A stretch of 63,475 bases of DNA, counting the filler, from Chiloscyllium plagiosum (lineage: Eukaryota), in NCBI RefSeq assembly GCF_004010195.1. It is 4 parts of one record of this genome, joined end to end, with 100 filler letters (N's around TTAATTAATTAA, not from the genome) between each part and the next. Parts side by side here need not be neighbours in the genome. Positions count along the whole stretch, not along the records: positions 20,714 to 43,691 come from NC_057712.1; 3 more parts are not named here. The stretch is one strand, 5' to 3'. The notes beneath the pieces were generated by a model. It saw nothing but the letters and a program-made list of their open reading frames with translations. It searched no databases and had not been told where the DNA came from. Positions 25,320 through 38,220 of the stretch are shown here, in pieces; positions within the stretch are counted from its first letter, which is position 1, and each line of letters begins with the position of its first letter. The position numbers and the translations under genes are program-made.

Positions 25320-28300
25320 ACAGTGGAGACGAGCGGAGGAGGTCAAACGGCAGACCACAACATCAAGGACCACAGCTGAGTCCTCGGCAGGACGAATCCA
25401 GGCTCTGGAGAAGTACGTATGGGCCTTAGTAGAGCAGGTCGATGACCTTGAAAATTAAAGTTGAAGAAAGAACATCCAGGTGGTTGAGCTGTCAGAGCGA
25501 GAGGAAGGCAAGCAGCCTGCCAATTTTTTCGAGGAATGGCTGCCACAATGTCTGGGCTAGGAGGCCAGGTGCAAATTGACAGAGCTCAACAGGTGGCAGT
25601 GCACAGGCCCAGATCGGATCAGCGCCCCTGCCCAGTCCGAGTGCGATTCCATTCCTACACAGATAAATGAAAGGTCATGGTAGCTTCCAGAGCACTGTGG
25701 AAGGATCCACTGGCCCTGATTTACAAAGGATCAAAGATTGTTTTTTTCAGGACTTTTCTGTGCCATGATCCGCAAGAGGAAGTCCTTTGATGAGGTGAAG
25801 AAGAGGCTGAGGGATCGGATTATTCAATATTCCATATGGTACTCGGCGGTACTTCGCTTTAACCACGAAGAGTCCATGCATGTATTTGGCTCATCAGAAA
25901 AAGTGGAGAAATTTCTAAACATTTTGAAATAGACCAGATGGTCATAAGAAAATGGACAATAATGGTTCTCTTTTCTTCTTTGTTTATTTTATTTTTCTCT
26001 ATCTCATGCACTTCTCCATTTACTTTATTATTTTATTACAGAAAGCGTTGTTGGATTTTTTCCCAATGATAATTGAGGTCAATGTATGGGTGGGAATGGG
26101 TGAAATGCACATTTTCAATTTCTTTTGTTTATAATACCTATTTTTCTTTTATCCTTCGCCTGAGTTTGGGGTGTGGCTCAAGCTAGGAGGAATTATGGAG
26201 ATGTATCGGGTCGTGTAAGCACTGTGTGTGTGTGTGCACGCACGCGTGTATGTATGTATGTGTGTGGGAGGGGGGGAAAAGAATCTCCTATCAAGTGTTT
26301 TATGTATGTTGTAATTAGATTTGTTAGTTGGTTTCTAGAAGATCTAGTTTTTGAAAGTTTTGGTAATGTAGCTTTAGTTTGTGTATTTTCTAGGCTCCAT
26401 GAGTCTCCATTTATTTACACTCGGCATGTCATGAGTAGGGTTCTTCCTCTCGGGGGTGCAAGGTTTGTTATAGAGCGATATGGCTAAGTGTCTCCTTACA
26501 TGGCGCACCTGGAATATTAAGGGGAGTCACTCACCAGTGAAGAGAAAAAAGTACTTTCGAGTCTCAGGAAGAAGGTTGATAATGCCCTGTTGCAAGAAAC
26601 CCATCTTGATGATAAGGAGCATCTAATGTTACAGCAAGGTGGGTTTGTTGGGTGTTCTTTTCATCCTTTAACACTAAGAGCAGGGAAGTGGGCATACTTG
26701 TCTAGAAGAATCTCCCACTTAAGTTATTAGATCGAATCAAAGATGAATATGGGCGGTTCGTAATCCTTAAAGCTTTAATACATGGTGAACAGTATGGCAT
26801 TCTAAATGTTTACTGTTCCCTGGCACAAAGCCTCAAATTCCTTTTTAAATTGATTACCCTTGGAACGTGACACACTATCATAGGGGGAGATTTTAATCAC
26901 CTCGTGGACTGCACAGTGGAGAGAATGCCCGAAAGTCCCCGCAATCTAAGCAACGGATTGACGTCTGTGTGGAATTGGGGCTGGTGGACGTTTGGAGATG
27001 TCCCCACCCTATGGGTAGTGACTTCACCTTTTTCTCTAATCCACAAAAGTGTCATTCTCGGATTGACTTTGTTAGCTCTCTCGTTTTTTTTCTGGATTCG
27101 ATGATGTCCTCCAAAATTGGAAACATAGCCATTTCCGATCATGTGGCAGTGTATTTGGAGGTTAAGATTAAGGGCAATGGAACAGATTGATGGCATTGGC
27201 GAATGGAACCTTTTATTTTCAAGGACAGTAAGCTTATCGAGTACTTCTCAAGTGAGTTTAAAGTGTTTTTGGCTATCAATTCAGATACAGCTAGTAATCA
27301 GCCTATACTCTGGGAGACAGCTAAGGTCTACGCTAGGGAGATAATTATGTCTTATTCAGCCAGTCAGAAGCGACAGAAGGGAGAGCAGCAGCGTCTGCTT
27401 GAGGCACAGTTGAAGGCAGTTGAGACAGCATATTTTAATAGGTCAGCTGTGATTAAATTGCAGTGAGTAACAGCTCTCCAGGTTACTTTGAACTCCATGC
27501 TCAGACAGACAGCAAAGGGGGAACTCTCTTTCACAAAGCAAAAGCTATTTGAGCATGGCGATGGATCAGGCAAACACTTGGCAAATCTGGGCAAGAAAAA
27601 AAAGTGCCCCCCAATCCATTACATCAATCAGAGAAGGCATTGGTATTCCTACATGTGACTATAAAAAGATCAATGCAGCATTTCAGAGATTTTACTCTGA
27701 ACTATACCAGTCGGAATGCTGTGAGGACAGGTGGGCTAAGATGGAGTCTTTAAGAACCTGGACATTTCAGGTTTGACCTCAGAACAGGGGTGTCTTCTTA
27801 ATGCCCACTTGACAGTGCAAGAGATACTGGAGGCAATAAAACAGCTCCAAAGTGGGAAGGCGCCTGACCCTGATTGTCTCCCAAGTGAATTCCATAAAGA
27901 ATCTATAAATATATTGTCAGGGCCGGTGTTGGACATGTACAACTATTCGTATGGTCATGACTGCCTCCTGCCATCCCAGAGAGAGGCTAACATCTCTCTC
28001 ATTCTCAAGAGAAGACCCCGGGATCCCGGCCAGGGATGATGTACCCTGGATTCAAACTTTGGACAACTAGGGGAGTCTCCTGTTTAAGGGGAAGATTATG
28101 ATGTCCTTGAACCAAAGGAGCTGCAAGTATGGATTGCCTAGCAGAGACCATTTTCGTTCTTTCAGGTTAGGGACTTTATCCAAAAAAAGTCTAGGCTTTT
28201 GACCAACCCCTGTCGGTCTGACACAGAGAAAAGAGTGCTTCATGCCACAAGCACTCTCTCCATTAGTGTACTCTACCACCTACTGGGGTGCATTGAATCG

Positions 28301-29585
28301 AATGATATTGAGTGACTACGTGAAGTCTGGGAGCAAGAGTTGGGAGTGGAGATCCCCTCAGAGACATGGGAGGCCATTTGGGAGAACGTGAGAAAGATCT
28401 CGATCTGTAACAGAACACATGCCATGCAATTAAAAGGTTCTTCATAGGATTCAATTGGTTCCAGATTGTCTTGCGAAATTCAAAAATGGTGCATCACCAA
28501 TGTGTCCCAAGTGCAAAATAAGCATAGGTACTAGCAGGTTTTGAGAAGATTTGTAGTTCAGGTTGATGTTCTGCATTAAGTTTGCTTGCTGAGCTTGAAG
28601 GTTTGTTTTCAGACATTTCATAACCATATTAGGTAACATCATCAGCGAGCCTCCGGTGAAGCACTGGTGTTCTGACCCACTTTCTGTTTGGGTTTAGGTT
28701 TTCTTGAGTTGGTGATGTCATTTCCTGTTCTTTTTCTCAGAGTGTGGTAGATGGGGTCCAAGTCAATGCGTTTGTTAATAAAGTTCTGGTTGGAATGCCA
28801 TGCTTCTAGGAATTCTTGTGCGTGTCTCTGACCACCACACACCAGAGGCTCACTGATGATGTTATCTAGTATGGTGATGAAATGTCGGAAAATGAACCTT
28901 CCAGCTCAGCGAGCAAACTTACATCCAAGCATAGGTACTCTCTCTCATTGTTTGTGGTCATGCCACAAGCTCCATAGTACTGGAGCACTGTGGCAGGAGT
29001 AAAAGAGAGGGTCCTGGAGACTGAAGTTAAGGTAATCCTGGTCTCTTTCCTCTCGAGTTTGCCGAATTTATCTTCCTTAGATGCACCTGAGAAAAGGCCA
29101 TTTAATATTCTCACTTATTGTGCGAAGAAAAACATTCTGATCAGCTGGGTACCTGAGAACCCTCCGGTCCTGTTGGGGTGGTGCAAGTTAATTATGGAAC
29201 ACATCCTTTTGGATTGCCTCACAAACATGGTGCACTATAAAACAGAACTTTTTTATAAGACATGGCAGCCCTTTTTGAATTACCTGGAAGCAGATTTGTC
29301 TGCCATTTTAATTAGGGCCTTTGTTTAGCCATGATGATTAGGTTTAGTGAGCCTTGTGTCCTGAGAGGAAGAATAAATATGGGTGCAATCATTAATGCTC
29401 CCAAAGGTGTGGTTGTGCTGAGTGGTGTTATTTACTTACTTATTTATTGATTTGTAGTGAGTGTATGTTTTGATTTGTTTTGTAGAGTAGGGTAATTATT
29501 AGTTCAATGTAATTGTTGTTATAATTTTAGATAGTTATATTTTTATAATTTTGTAAAGAAAACATTTCTCAAAAATATTTTAAAA
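25320..29585 (+). mobile_element. Decayed L1-clade LINE: ORF1 3' part, APE endonuclease, RT core deleted, CCHC knuckle, 3' UTR
   Basis: Remnant motifs TWNIKG...LLQETHL (~26507-26606), GGDFN (~26883), ISDH (~27131), LQSGKAPDPD (~27845), CPKC...SHCLWSC (28502-28965). Many stops and frameshifts. Sequence jumps from LILK (~28008) to the C-terminal region. Confidence 0.88.
28533..28926 (-). mobile_element. Penelope-like 3' fragment with an inverted terminal copy, inserted in the L1 zinc knuckle
   Basis: 13-bp TSD AAGCATAGGTACT (28520-28532 and 28927-28939). Minus-strand peptide QRHAQEFLEAWHSNQNFINKRIDLDPIY resembles a PLE GIY-YIG C-terminus. ~90-bp inverted repeat between ~28575-28660 and ~28838-28926. 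Confidence 0.85.
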
Positions 29586-32349
29586 AGAAGACTGTGTCAC
29601 AATTTTACCCAGTAGTAGATTGCTCAAAAGGTAAAAAGAAAATGTCTGCAGTTTGGGATATTATCTGCACGGGGAGGTGTGCTGGTGAAAAGGGGGTCAT
29701 CACTCCCTTGTTAACTTTGTAGTCACAAAAGGACTCAGTCTGGTTAGTGTGAAGTTTGACACTTTTAGGTGTTACATTTCATCTGTCCTTCACAGAATTC
29801 TTGCTAACTAATCTCTGAATTTACACTTAGTCCTTTCATCTCTGTTGCCATCTTCTTTAAGAACAAACGACACTTTTAGTATGAATGACTAAGATGATTC
29901 AAGTACAGTGTATTAGTGTTTTGACCCATGGTTGTGATAGGCTGCAGTGCTGCTGTTTATGGAACGGTGCTGCATGAAAATTGGATGTCATGTTTTGTAC
30001 ATTACTACAAAGTCAGTAGGGAGCTACCTAGGATCCTTAACACGGTGGAAATCCAAAACAAGAATAAAAATTACTGGAGAAACTCTGGAGGAAGCTCACT
30101 GGATCCAAAATGTCAACTCTGCTCTCACTCCACAATGCTGCCAGACTTGTTGAGTTTCTGCAGTAAATTTGTTTTTGAACAGTATATGGGAGTTCTTTCT
30201 ACTCCATGTTCGAAAATTTTTCAATCTGTGTCTTAAGTGAATAACCTCTTGTTTATTTTAATTTCTGTACTTAATAACCTTTTGTTTTATGGTTTAAACA
30301 AGTATTTCAACATTGCATGCAAACATTTTAGGAAAAGATTACTTTGGTCACAAAAATAATAAAGATATGAACCATCATCTAGGTTCATAATACCAAAAAG
30401 CAGAACAGGCATATTATAGACAGAGGGAAGCAATCCTGCAGTCCTGTCACAGCTAACTCTAAGTTATTGTGGCTAACCAAATGACTAATTGGAAGAGGCT
30501 GCTGCAAAATATGTCAGTGTAAGGAGAAGAGTGAAGCATTTGCTACCATATTTAAACAGAACAGTTAAGTGGATGATGCATCTTGGCTTTCTGCTGAGCA
30601 CCAGCAAAGGTGCCAGTCTTCAGACAAATTGATTCACTTGTGATGTCAGAAAATGGCTGAGGATACTGGATACAATGAAAGTTACGGGCTCTGGCAACAT
30701 GGCCACTTAAGTACAGAAAACTTGCACTCCAAAATTAGGTGTCTTTTTTGACCTTAGCTAAGATATTCAAGTATCTCACACATGTAACTCTGCTATGTGG
30801 AAAGTTTACCCAGGCAATGATAACCTTTAACCTGGAAATAGTTTAATAGGAAAATGTGTAATTTTGTGAAAATATCAAAGGTAATTTCTAATTATTTTTA
30901 AAAAGTGCATTATGTCCCGTACGGGCATATCATTTTCTTTACTTCAAATTAATTTTATGATTTTCAAAAACTGAACTAGAAAAGATTAGACTTAGCTAGA
31001 AAATCTCAAGCAATAATTACTAGCGCAAGTGAATATTGAACCAAGAGAGATGAAAGCAGCTAGGGACAATGTGACTTCATCTAGTCGTACCTAGAATATC
31101 CTTAGCCCAGAGACAAACTTCAAATTCCTAACATTCCCAAAATTTTCACCGCATTTGAAAAACATTGGCACTCAGATGAAATGGCCATTAGAGTCCTGAA
31201 CTCTAGTAATTCAAGTTCAGCAAGTCAAAAATGTCCACGTGGTTCATTCCAAACCACCTACCAAGAGTTCTGCCAGCTCTGAGCAAACAAAGCTGCTGTT
31301 CTAAGGGGAAGAGTAGTCCTGGAAACCTCTAACTTTCTTTTAATTGGTGCAGTCAGGATTTTGAATCAACATTCATTGGTCAAGTTCTCGAATTCAGAGG
31401 GTGAAGAGAAACGTTATTGTGAGAAGAGTTAAGAAACTGCCTCATATACATCCTTGAAACTTATATGAAAGAAATGAGCTTAATAGTTAAGAGCCACAGC
31501 CAACATGGATGAGGACTATGCATTAAAACAGACTTAAAACTGAAACAAATTTGTATTTAGTAACTTCTACCTTCATGCAAGAAATGAGGAGGTAGATTAC
31601 AAGGACTTGAGCGAACATAGAAGACAGGGTAGATGAATCCCAGATTTTATAAATAGTGTTAAAAAGGTAGACCGCATGTGTGCGCATTACATATGGAAGT
31701 GTCTGATCCTTAAGATACCAAAGCCAGGCTGAAGGGAGTGAGCATAGGACAGAATACCCATCAGGAATTCTTGCACAAAAGGACAAGAAATCCTTTTGTA
31801 CTAGAAGCTCCAAGAGGATAATAGCAATCCTTGAGACACGATGTGCTTCAAAAACTGATGGTAACTAAGGTTACTGACAAGCCATATAAAAGCAGAGGAA
31901 ACACCATTGTCAATCAGTCATATGAATCATAGAATCCCTATAGCATGCAAACAGGCCCTTGGGCCCAACAAGTCTACAATGACCCTCTGAAGAGTAACCC
32001 ACCCAGATCCATTCCCCTACACTTACCCATGCCTAATGCACTTAACGGACACATCCCTGGACATCTGCCTGCTGATCTAGGCACTGCTTCAATTTTTCAA
32101 TTCTCATCATGGTATCTCCATGACCTGATCACATTTCATTGCCTGTATTATCTTCCAGCGTCACAATCCCTAGGATCTCTGCTATCCTCCACATCTGGCC
32201 TTTTTCAAAGCCCTAACTTTATTCATTCAACCACAGCTTCAGCTGTCATATCTCTCAAATTCCATTCTTAAACTGCTCCACCTCTCTGGCTTCCTTTAAG
32301 ATACTCCTGATAATTAAGTCTTTGACAAAGTCTTTGTTCACTTGTCATA

Positions 32350-32650
32350 GAATTCATAGCATCCCTACAAGTCCACACAGACTCTCCAAAGAGTAACCCA
32401 CCCAGACCCATTCCCTTATATTTACCCCTGACTAATGCACCTAACTTAAACACTAAATACTACGGCCAATTCACCTAAGCTGCATATCTTTGGAGTATAG
32501 GAGGAAACTGGAGCACCCGGAGGAAACGCATGTAGACGCAGGGAGAATGTCTGTGTGGAGTTTGCACAGTCGCCAAAGGCTGGAATCGAACCCACATTCC
32601 TGTCACCATGAGGCAGCAATGCTAACGCTCAGCCACTGTGTCACCCCAGT
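32350..32650 (-). mobile_element. V-SINE (HE1-like); a second tail-only fragment lies at ~31925-32065
   Basis: Head, V-domain and tail similarity to 41105-41478. Confidence 0.78.
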
Positions 32651-34064
32651 GTTTGTTGGAAGGGCTACACGCATGCTTAAGGATTCAACAAAGACAAAAA
32701 AATCACCACACTAAGCTGGTCATCAGTACAGAAATAGTGTTAATTTTTCCAATCTGACAAATGTAAGGGGGTAAATCTATTGAAGTATGACTTAGCAGGA
32801 TACCAGCTACTGTGTCTAGAGGGTCAAAAGCAGTCCATGGAGACTAGGGAAACAGAAGTGAACAGCAAAATTCTAATGAGCAGAAGAAAGTTGACTGTCT
32901 AAAAAATCCCACAGGAGTGAAAGGGCAAATGAAACGAAAGTCAGACGACTTTACATAAGTCAGGAGAAAGTCTATGAGGTAAAAGGGTTCATGATACAAC
33001 ACTAACAGGCTAGGGGCCATAAACAGGTCATTAAAGATGATAGAGGCCAGGGCAAAGCCCATAGAATTTAAAAGGAACAAGGGGTGAACCAAAGGTCTAG
33101 CTGGCAAACACTTGCTGTTAGGATTTAAATAGAGACAGAGAAAGTTCCCAAGCCAGCAGACAGAGGGGACAATACCTCATCCAGTTGAAGCACCATAGGA
33201 CAGAAGCTGGCTACTTACCTGTGAATATAGGTAAAATGGGGGACAATCTCATCCCAAGGTAAATGAAAATGAGAGGTCGATAACCTCAAAAGCTGAAATG
33301 CAATTGCTGAAGTCACAAAGAAAGCAGTCCATGCCTATATGAAAGAGGACCTGGATAGCATTCAGGCTTTGACTAACTAAAAAGGCACAAGTCACAAGTG
33401 TGATGGAATACTTTGCACTTGCCTGCATGAGTGCAGTTACACCAACACTTGGCTTGCATCCAATCCATTACTTTAATATTAATCCCCTTCACCTGCACAA
33501 GGCAGCAGTGTGTACCAGTTACAAGATGCACTGCAAAAACTTGCAAAGGCTTATTAGACAGTAATTTCCAACCATGCAACCACTAGCACTTAAAAAGACA
33601 AGAGGAGCAGAAGCACAAAAACTTACAAGTTCCTTTATAAATCCCTCATCCTTCTGACTCAGAACGATATTAGTCTTCATGGCCACTGGTCAAAATCCTG
33701 AAACTCTTCCAAACTAGATTGTGTGCAAATGAACTGCAGCAGTTGAAGGTTGACAGTTCTGTACAATTTTCTCAATGACTTTTAGTTATGAGCAATAAAA
33801 CCAGTGCTTTCAGCAATATTCAATTCCCAAGAACAAATAAAAATTACACTGCAAGACTAAAATGTTTTGGGAAAGGTATTACATAAACAAACTTTTGTTT
33901 AAAAAGCTGAAAATGATTATTACTATTTATTTCTCATCCTTTCTTGAACAGTTGAACAATGGGCTATAAAACAATACATTCCCTGGCTTTATAAAGAGTA
34001 ACTTGGGCCATTATCTACATAATGTGAATTAATGTACCATATGCAGCACAAAATCTGTTAACAC

Positions 34065-34340
34065 AGTGAGAGGTGAGAGGTGAAAAGTTTAAGGGGGATA
34101 CACGCGGCAAGTACTTTAAACAGAGGGTGGTAGGTGTGTGGAATGCGTTGCCAGCAGAGGTGGTAGAGGCAAGCACAGTAGATTCGTTTAAGATGCATCT
34201 GGACAGATGCACGAGTAGGTGGGGAGCAGAGGGACACATGCTTAGAAATTGGGTGACAGGGTTAGACAGTAGATTTGGATCGGCTCAGGTTTGGAGGGCC
34301 GAAGGGCCTGTTCCTGGGCTGTAAATTTTCTTTATTCTTG
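34065..34340 (+). mobile_element. CR1 LINE 3' end
   Basis: RGEKFKGDTRGKYFKQRVVGVWNALPAEVVEASTVDSFKMHLDR plus tail gggccgaagggcctgttcct. Confidence 0.85.
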
Positions 34341-37300
34341 ACTCTAGAAGAGATATGCAATTCTTTACAAGTGCATATCGCATGTTCTCAGAGTGTTAAC
34401 ACAGTGGATCAGCGCAATGTTAATACTCTGAGAACATGATACATTTGCTTATATTGAATGTATGAGAGTGAAAAATGAAAGTTTAGAAGCATCCTGAATC
34501 TCAGCTCAAACTAAACAGAAGTCAATAGAAGTCAAAATGATTACTGGAGATCCAAACAGATATTTACAACCTGTGTCACAGCACAAGGCACATTGTGAAG
34601 AATGTAAGCTCAGACACCACAATTGATGTGAACAAATCTAAACTGTGCAGGTCACTGTTCCCACAGCAATAATCCCAGGATCATTTATTCAAATGTTGTA
34701 CAGCTTCTTAGGTTCATCACATCTTGAAATCATAGATGTACAATCACATGATTGACACACAGTCAAACCCCAAAGACAGCTCCTCTCTCATTTATCTAGC
34801 TGATCAGATCCTTCGAACCATCTCTAATATTATTTTAGATTGATTCAGTCACAACCAATGACACCCTCCAACACTGCGCCTTGTACAGCTTCTGTCGTAA
34901 TCTAGCTAAATTGACTTGGGAATCTTTAGCATATTAATTTCTTAAGGCTCCCATAAAACATATTATAAATGTGCACACCAAATCTTTCAATAACCTTGAT
35001 GTCTCTACTATCTTCCGAAGTTAAGGGTGCGCACTTGAGGTGAAGTTGAGAGAGACTAGGCAGTACCAGATCGCGAGAAATCACACTGTCACTAAACCAA
35101 AATCATGTGATGCCTCCTTCCCCCCATTTCCTCTTTTCCATCAATGCCAAATCTGGTCACACTGTATCTCCAACTCATGCCACTCTCACTTATTGACCTT
35201 TTCCTGCATCCAGTTGTATGTCAAGTGCCATTTATCCAAAACACCTCAAATGTTCTTAAGCATGCCGTTGCAATAATGATCACGGTCAGAGAATCCTGAC
35301 TTTACATGGCATTGAAAGAGAGCGGTCAAAGATTCAGTGATCAGCATAACAATTGCAGAGACTAAAGTGTCAGAGGATTTTGAGCAATTTAATGCCCCAA
35401 AACAATTTCAAAAGTATATAAAATTTAATGTAAAATTCAGTGGCATATTAGAGTCTGTAAACCAAAAAAATGAAAGAAGCATAAGAGTACAATGATCACT
35501 ATTATACCAGCAGTGTACATGTATGAAAACATAAGCAAAGGGAAAATTATGAGCATTTACAAAATGCAGAGGGGATTGGAGAATTGGGGGTGTAGGGGAG
35601 CAGTAAGGAAGAGAGAGAACCAAAAAGTATAGAAATCAAAAACTTTGCAGTTTTGATCACTTCATGGGGTGGAGGATAGGGGGGATGGCAGCATAATTTC
35701 ATTGGAAGCACTTTATTGAAGCTTTATTCACCTGATTCCTAGGATGAAGGGATTATCTTATGAGGAAATATGAAGCAGGTTGGACCTATCACATTGAAAT
35801 TTAAAAGACTGAGAGGTTGTCTTGTCACATGAGGCTGGATTGGGTAGATGCTGACAGCATGCTTCCTTTTGTTGGGACACATAGAACAAGGGCAAAGTTT
35901 TGAAACTCAGACTCTCCCATTGCGGATAGAATGAGGAGAAACTTATTTTCTGAGGGCCATCAGAATTTGAAATGTTCTTCAGTAGGGCACAGTGGAGACC
36001 AGGTTAAAGCCGAGTTAGACAAGGAAATCAATGGTTATTCAGTGACCCTGGAAGGAAAGTAGAGGTAAGTCCAAATCTGATTAGCCATGGTCGTACTGAG
36101 TAGTGGAGCAATCGCGAGGGATTGCCAGCTCCTATTTCTTCTAATTTTTGTAAGACACAGTAGCAGAATTTGTCCAAATGTCATGTTTCCAATAACATAC
36201 CTTGATTTTAAAATAATTTTATTTCCATATAACACACTGTACCACATTTGCAAATCTTTGCTAAGATATAAAACTGCACATAGTCTTGAATATGACATTT
36301 CAATAACAAAATGAATTAAATTTAAATTATTTTTGGCATCTGATTGAAATGTTGTTATTTTCCTGTCACTATCTTTCTATTTCTACAAGTTAATGGGCTC
36401 AGCTTTTATTGTGCTGTGGGTTGGCATCAGTTTAAAAGCCACCCTCATGTAATTTGGACTTCCTTTCATTTCCCCACTAATCTAAAGTCAAGAGATTTTG
36501 TAGTCAATCTCAAGCAAGTTAGTCCTCATGACAAACAGATGACAGACATTCCACACACATATGCCTGCTTGCATCTAAATTCTTGCTAACCAACCTTTTT
36601 ATAGCATTAAGACAGATGTTATTGAACTTGTCAGCTGGATAACTCTACACAAAAAGGTTACTGAGACATATTGCTGCAAATAGGCCCTTTTCATAAGGAT
36701 ACAAGCAAGTTATTGAATAAAACTCAACATTTTCACCTAAAATTTGCAGGCCTTAGTTGAGTGCTTCATATTAAGTTGTTAATGTTCCAAACTTTGGGAT
36801 AAGATTGTTGACCAAAAATTGGATTGTCTTTGACCATTCTTCGCAATCTCAGCATCATGTCAAAATTCAATATAACATTATTTATCATATATTGTGTGTG
36901 AATATTTTGTATAAAAATTTGGAAAAAGAAAAAATTCACAATATCATATGGTAGCAATTACAGTAAAGTCATTTTCCGTCAATATTACTTTAGTTTTCAA
37001 AGAAGCGACCTAATCCAACAATTTCAGTTCTGATCTAGTTTTCCTGAAAAGTTAATCACTAATAATGAGATAAATTTTTGAGAAACAGGAGATCCTTAGG
37101 TGGGTCTTTCCAGTACTCTGAATGGGTACATCGAATGTGCTGTGCAGCTCCGAACCATATGGAAATACTTTTCCTTTATTAATTCAGGAAAGGTCGGCTC
37201 TGCTGGCTGGATCAGCACTTACTGCCTATTCTAGCTGCTCTTGAGATAGAAGCAAGTACCTTCTTGAGCCATGCAATCCATTTTGTGTCGGTACATCCAA

Positions 37301-37639
37301 GGTGTTGTTCAAGTTACAGAATTTTGACCCAGTGACAGTGAAGGAACAGTGATATGTTTCCAAGTCAGGAGGGTGAATAGCCTGGAGAGAAACTTCAGTT
37401 GTGCTCTTATGCATCAACTGTCCTTGTCTTTCGAGAGGAGTGGGATCATGACTTTGGAAGGCACTATCTAAGAAGTCTTGGAGAATTTCTGCAGTGCATC
37501 TTGAAGATGATGCAAACCAATGCTATTAAATGGTGCCAATCAAGTAGGCGGCTTTATCTTGGATGGTGTCAAGCTTCCCGAGTGTTATTGGAACTGCATT
37601 CATCCAGACAAGTGGGGAGCATTCCACCACACTTTTGAC

Positions 37640-38220
37640 TTAGGAGCAAATTACTGTAGATGCAGGAATCTGTATTGAAAACAACATATGCTGGAGATTA
37701 CAGTAAGTCAGACAGCATCTACAGAGAGAGCAAGCAAACGTTGAGTCTAAATGGTTCTTCAAAGCTGTAGTAATGTGGAGGGGACAGCGTTTATGCTATA
37801 GTCTGGGGAGATAGTGAGTGTAGATTGCTGGTGGAGAAAAGATGCTAATAGTTCAGATTAAGTGATCGGAATGCGAAAAAGGCAGAACAATGATATGTCT
37901 ACTGCCAGACTTGAAAGGACAGACAGTCCCCCTGGGATTGGGGGAATGGGGGTGTGCACACACAGAGAGAAGATATGATAACAAGCTACGGAATAAATGG
38001 TTCACAATTTGATGGCGCTGAACTGAATATTAAGTCCATAAGGCTGTAAAGTGCAGAGTCTGAAGATGAGACGTCATTCCTCCAGCTTGCGGGATGATTC
38101 ACTGGAACACTGTAGCATGCTGAGGAGAGAGATGTGGGCATATGAGCAGGAGGCGGTGTTAAAATTACTGGCTTTGAGTGGGTCAGAGTCATGTTTATGT
38201 ACAGACCGGAGCTGTCCCTA
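37640..38220 (-). mobile_element. Degenerate PLE 3' fragment
   Basis: Similar to 16480-17100 and to the pLTR fragment at ~9525-9650. Confidence 0.55.
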
